Source of the DNA: an uncultured Clostridia bacterium
GTDB taxonomy: Bacteria > Bacillota > Clostridia > TANB77 > CAG-508
Direction of reading: 5' to 3'
Length of the DNA: 64,000 bases
Assembly: GCA_934183325.1 (NCBI GenBank)
Contig: CAKPSH010000004.1
Location: 27,433 to 91,432 of the forward strand
The position numbers were made by a program, and so were the translations under genes. This document shows, in pieces, positions 61,682 to 64,000 of the stretch. The first letter of the stretch is position 1, and the number at the start of each line of letters is the position of its first letter. The notes under the pieces are model-generated. The model was not told the origin of the DNA. It ran no database searches and worked only from the letters and a program-made list of their open reading frames with translations.

Positions 61682-62797
61682 ATGTATAAGATAACGATTA
61701 TAGTACCTATATATAATGCTGAACAATATTTGAGAGACACATTAGAATCAATAGTTAATCAAACAATGAATTTAGAAGATATTCAAGTTATAATGATAGA
61801 TGATGTTTCAACAGATAGTTCAACACAAATAATGGATGAATATTCAGAAAAATACAGTAATTTTATGAGTATAAAATTAAAAGAAAATCATAAAGTTGCA
61901 GGAGCAGCAAGAAATATAGGACTTGAAAAAGCAGAAGGAAAATATATAATGTTTGCAGACGCAGACGATTTCTATATGAATAATGCTTGTGAAGTATTAT
62001 ATAATGAAATAGAAGGCAAAAATGCAGACTTTATTACATCAAATTATATAAATGCAGACTTTGACGGAAAAGTATGGGACAAGCCAATATTCGCAAAAGA
62101 AAAATATAAAGACTTCAAAATGAGTATTTATGATTATGATAAATCATTTTATGTTCTAAATTCAGCAGTTTGGAACAAGATTTTTAGAAAATCATTTATA
62201 GATGAAAACAACATAAAATTTCTAGAAGGAGTAGTAGCAGAAGATGCATATTTTACAATGTCTAGTTTTATGAAAAGCGAAAATGTTTGGTATTGTAGTA
62301 AAGTAATATATGGATATAGACAAAGAAATAAAGGAAATACAGGAAAAAAATCAGTATCTTTTAATTGCTCAGTTGAATACTTTGATCAAATAAATAGAGC
62401 ATATAAAGAAATATATGAAAATTTCAAAAGAAATGATCATATTGCATTTTATAGATTTGTATATGCAAAAAATATGTCATATATGTTATACAAATTTGTA
62501 GACTCAGATATATGTGATAGAAGTAAAATAAATATAATGCAAGAAATGCAATGGTTTTATAAATTAAGTGAAGAACTAAAAGTACCAGGAATACAAAAAA
62601 GCCAAAAAATGGTAATAGAGAAAATCTGTAAAGGAGAATATACAGATGCACTTAATTATTGCAAGATAATGCAAGAAATGAGAAGCTATATGATAAAAGA
62701 AACAAGAGAGAATATGGTAAAACCAAATGCAAAAGTTTATAAAGAAATTAATAAATATTCTGAAGAGTTTGAAAGGAAAAAAGAATGTTTAAATTAA
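61682..62797 (+). CDS. Family 2 glycosyltransferase
   Basis: ITIIVPIYNAEQYL..IDDVSTDSS and DADD (DxD) motifs of GT-A fold GT2. Confidence 0.7.
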   Translation: MYKITIIVPIYNAEQYLRDTLESIVNQTMNLEDIQVIMIDDVSTDSSTQIMDEYSEKYSNFMSIKLKENHKVAGAARNIGLEKAEGKYIMFADADDFYMNNACEVLYNEIEGKNADFITSNYINADFDGKVWDKPIFAKEKYKDFKMSIYDYDKSFYVLNSAVWNKIFRKSFIDENNIKFLEGVVAEDAYFTMSSFMKSENVWYCSKVIYGYRQRNKGNTGKKSVSFNCSVEYFDQINRAYKEIYENFKRNDHIAFYRFVYAKNMSYMLYKFVDSDICDRSKINIMQEMQWFYKLSEELKVPGIQKSQKMVIEKICKGEYTDALNYCKIMQEMRSYMIKETRENMVKPNAKVYKEINKYSEEFERKKECLN

Positions 62798-63636
62798 AAT
62801 ATGCTAAAATGTGCAATAATGAAATATTTGATAAATATGGTATAAAACCTGTTATAGAAGATTATTTTAAAGTAGAATCAAATGCTTTTTGCATAGCAGA
62901 TGGAGTAACCAGAGATTCTATAAAGGGTGAAGCTGTACCATACCCAGAAAATGAAAAAGAGGTAAAAGAATGGATAAAAACATATCCAAATCCAAGTGGT
63001 TCATATTTATCTGCTAAAATATGTGCTGAAACTTTTTTAGAAAATATAAATAAAAATATAGAGATGCTAGAGATAGTAAAAAATATAAATAAAGAAATTT
63101 GGAAAATCAATAAAGATAGAAAAATTGACTATTTAAAAGAAGACTTATATGGCTGTGTTGCTGTAGGTGGAATAATAGAAAAAAATACTTTAAAAGCATT
63201 TTCCATAGGAGATTGCCACATTAAAATATTTGACGAAGAATTCAACGAACTATTTCAAACAACAAATAATCATTTGAATTTTGAAAATTATTTAAATAAT
63301 ATATATGTAAAACAGAATGAATACAATTGGAATAATCCAAAAGACAGAGCTATGGTTAGAAGAGATTTTAGAAATAAGCCAGAAAAACTATATAATGATA
63401 AAGAGATATCTTTTGGAGTTTTAACAGGAGAAAAAGAAGCGGAACATTATATTGATACATATAACATTAATTTAGAAAATGCAAAATATATAGTAGCATA
63501 TTCAGATGGATGTGAACCATTTTTCAATGATAAAGAAACAATAAAAATAATCTTAACAAATCCAAAAGAAATTGAAAAAGAAGGCAAAGAAAGAACATTA
63601 ATTGTTTATGAAAAAGGAGAGGATGATATTGGATAA
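62785..63636 (+). CDS. Hypothetical protein
   Basis: 283-aa ORF overlapping the GT2 stop; no family recognised. Confidence 0.35.
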   Translation: MFKLKYAKMCNNEIFDKYGIKPVIEDYFKVESNAFCIADGVTRDSIKGEAVPYPENEKEVKEWIKTYPNPSGSYLSAKICAETFLENINKNIEMLEIVKNINKEIWKINKDRKIDYLKEDLYGCVAVGGIIEKNTLKAFSIGDCHIKIFDEEFNELFQTTNNHLNFENYLNNIYVKQNEYNWNNPKDRAMVRRDFRNKPEKLYNDKEISFGVLTGEKEAEHYIDTYNINLENAKYIVAYSDGCEPFFNDKETIKIILTNPKEIEKEGKERTLIVYEKGEDDIG

Positions 63637-64000
63637 AGATATAGTATTAATAACAGGTGGTTGCGGAAATATTGCAAAACACGTGGTAAATAAATATTTA
63701 GCAAAAGGTGCGAAAGTAATAGCAGTAGATGTAATTCAAAGAAAATTTGAACATTCAGAAAACGAAAATTATGAATTTTATAAAGTAGATGTTACAAATA
63801 TAGAGCAAATACAAGAATTATATAAAAATATAGAAAGTAAATATGGAAGAATTACTCATTTAATAAGTGCAGCGGGAACACCAATGAAAACAGAAATAGA
63901 TGGATTAGAAACAGCAACATTTGAAGATATTGAAAAATCAATAAACTTAAATTTAAAGAGTCATATTTACTTCACAAAAATATTCTTACCATTAATAGAA
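63629..64000 (+). CDS. SDR-family short-chain dehydrogenase/reductase (5' partial, runs off the window)
   Basis: VLITGGCGNIAKHV Rossmann motif (TGxxxGxG); TTG start after GGAGAGG. Confidence 0.6.
   Translation, partial: MDKDIVLITGGCGNIAKHVVNKYLAKGAKVIAVDVIQRKFEHSENENYEFYKVDVTNIEQIQELYKNIESKYGRITHLISAAGTPMKTEIDGLETATFEDIEKSINLNLKSHIYFTKIFLPLIE

Noticed and set aside
1-64000. CRISPR arrays or large IS/transposase genes
   Set aside because: No run of regularly spaced direct repeats, and no transposase- or integrase-like ORF, was seen anywhere in the window.

Overview
This is a very AT-rich window (roughly 27-30% GC by eye) from a spore-forming Firmicute of the class Clostridia. Sporulation genes present are an alpha/beta SASP, spoIVB, spoVG and splB. 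The window is densely coding on the + strand.

Gene order along the window: ruvX, DUF1292 and rimO. A minus-strand SASP. A roughly 10 kb Tad/Flp-like (type IVc) pilus locus between 4.8 and 15.1 kb (cpaB-like, two ParA/MinD-like proteins, TadA/CpaF-like ATPase, TadB/C-like platform and six pilin-like genes), ending at a strong terminator just upstream of spoIVB. murC on the minus strand. spoVG. clpC-radA-disA without ctsR/mcsAB. A cyclophilin. A radical-SAM/SPASM enzyme. asnS on the minus strand. A large protein combining a sigma-70 region-4 HTH with three RpoA-alphaCTD-like repeats. rlmD. A small GC-rich (about 40% by eye) islet carrying one ORF. def. A GNAT that looks frameshifted. splB. A ybaK/proX-type deacylase. 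vanZ. tRNA-Leu(TAA), followed by about 3.4 kb of hypothetical genes that include a multiply frameshifted pseudogene. An FAD oxidoreductase. The S10-spc-alpha ribosomal superoperon (rpsJ through rplQ, with secY, adk, map, infA, rpmJ and rpoA; rpmD/L30 is absent). A dapL-like aminotransferase. An ECF sigma, anti-sigma and glycosyltransferase cluster.

The candidate for an undescribed system is the Tad-like locus. Its pilin paralogs share an N-terminus, MENA[SA][KNE]A[LF][LK][IML][AI][GL]G, that does not match the Flp G/xxxxEY signature, and no prepilin peptidase is encoded in the locus. Other points of interest: a 25-bp perfect inverted repeat bracketing 186 bp upstream of spoVG; a roughly 130-nt intergenic element present twice (after spoVG and after rplQ); tandem 20-bp direct repeats at the clpC promoter; DnaA-box-like motifs upstream of rpsM; and a 21-bp perfect palindrome plus a 5-codon uORF in front of the pilus ATPase gene.
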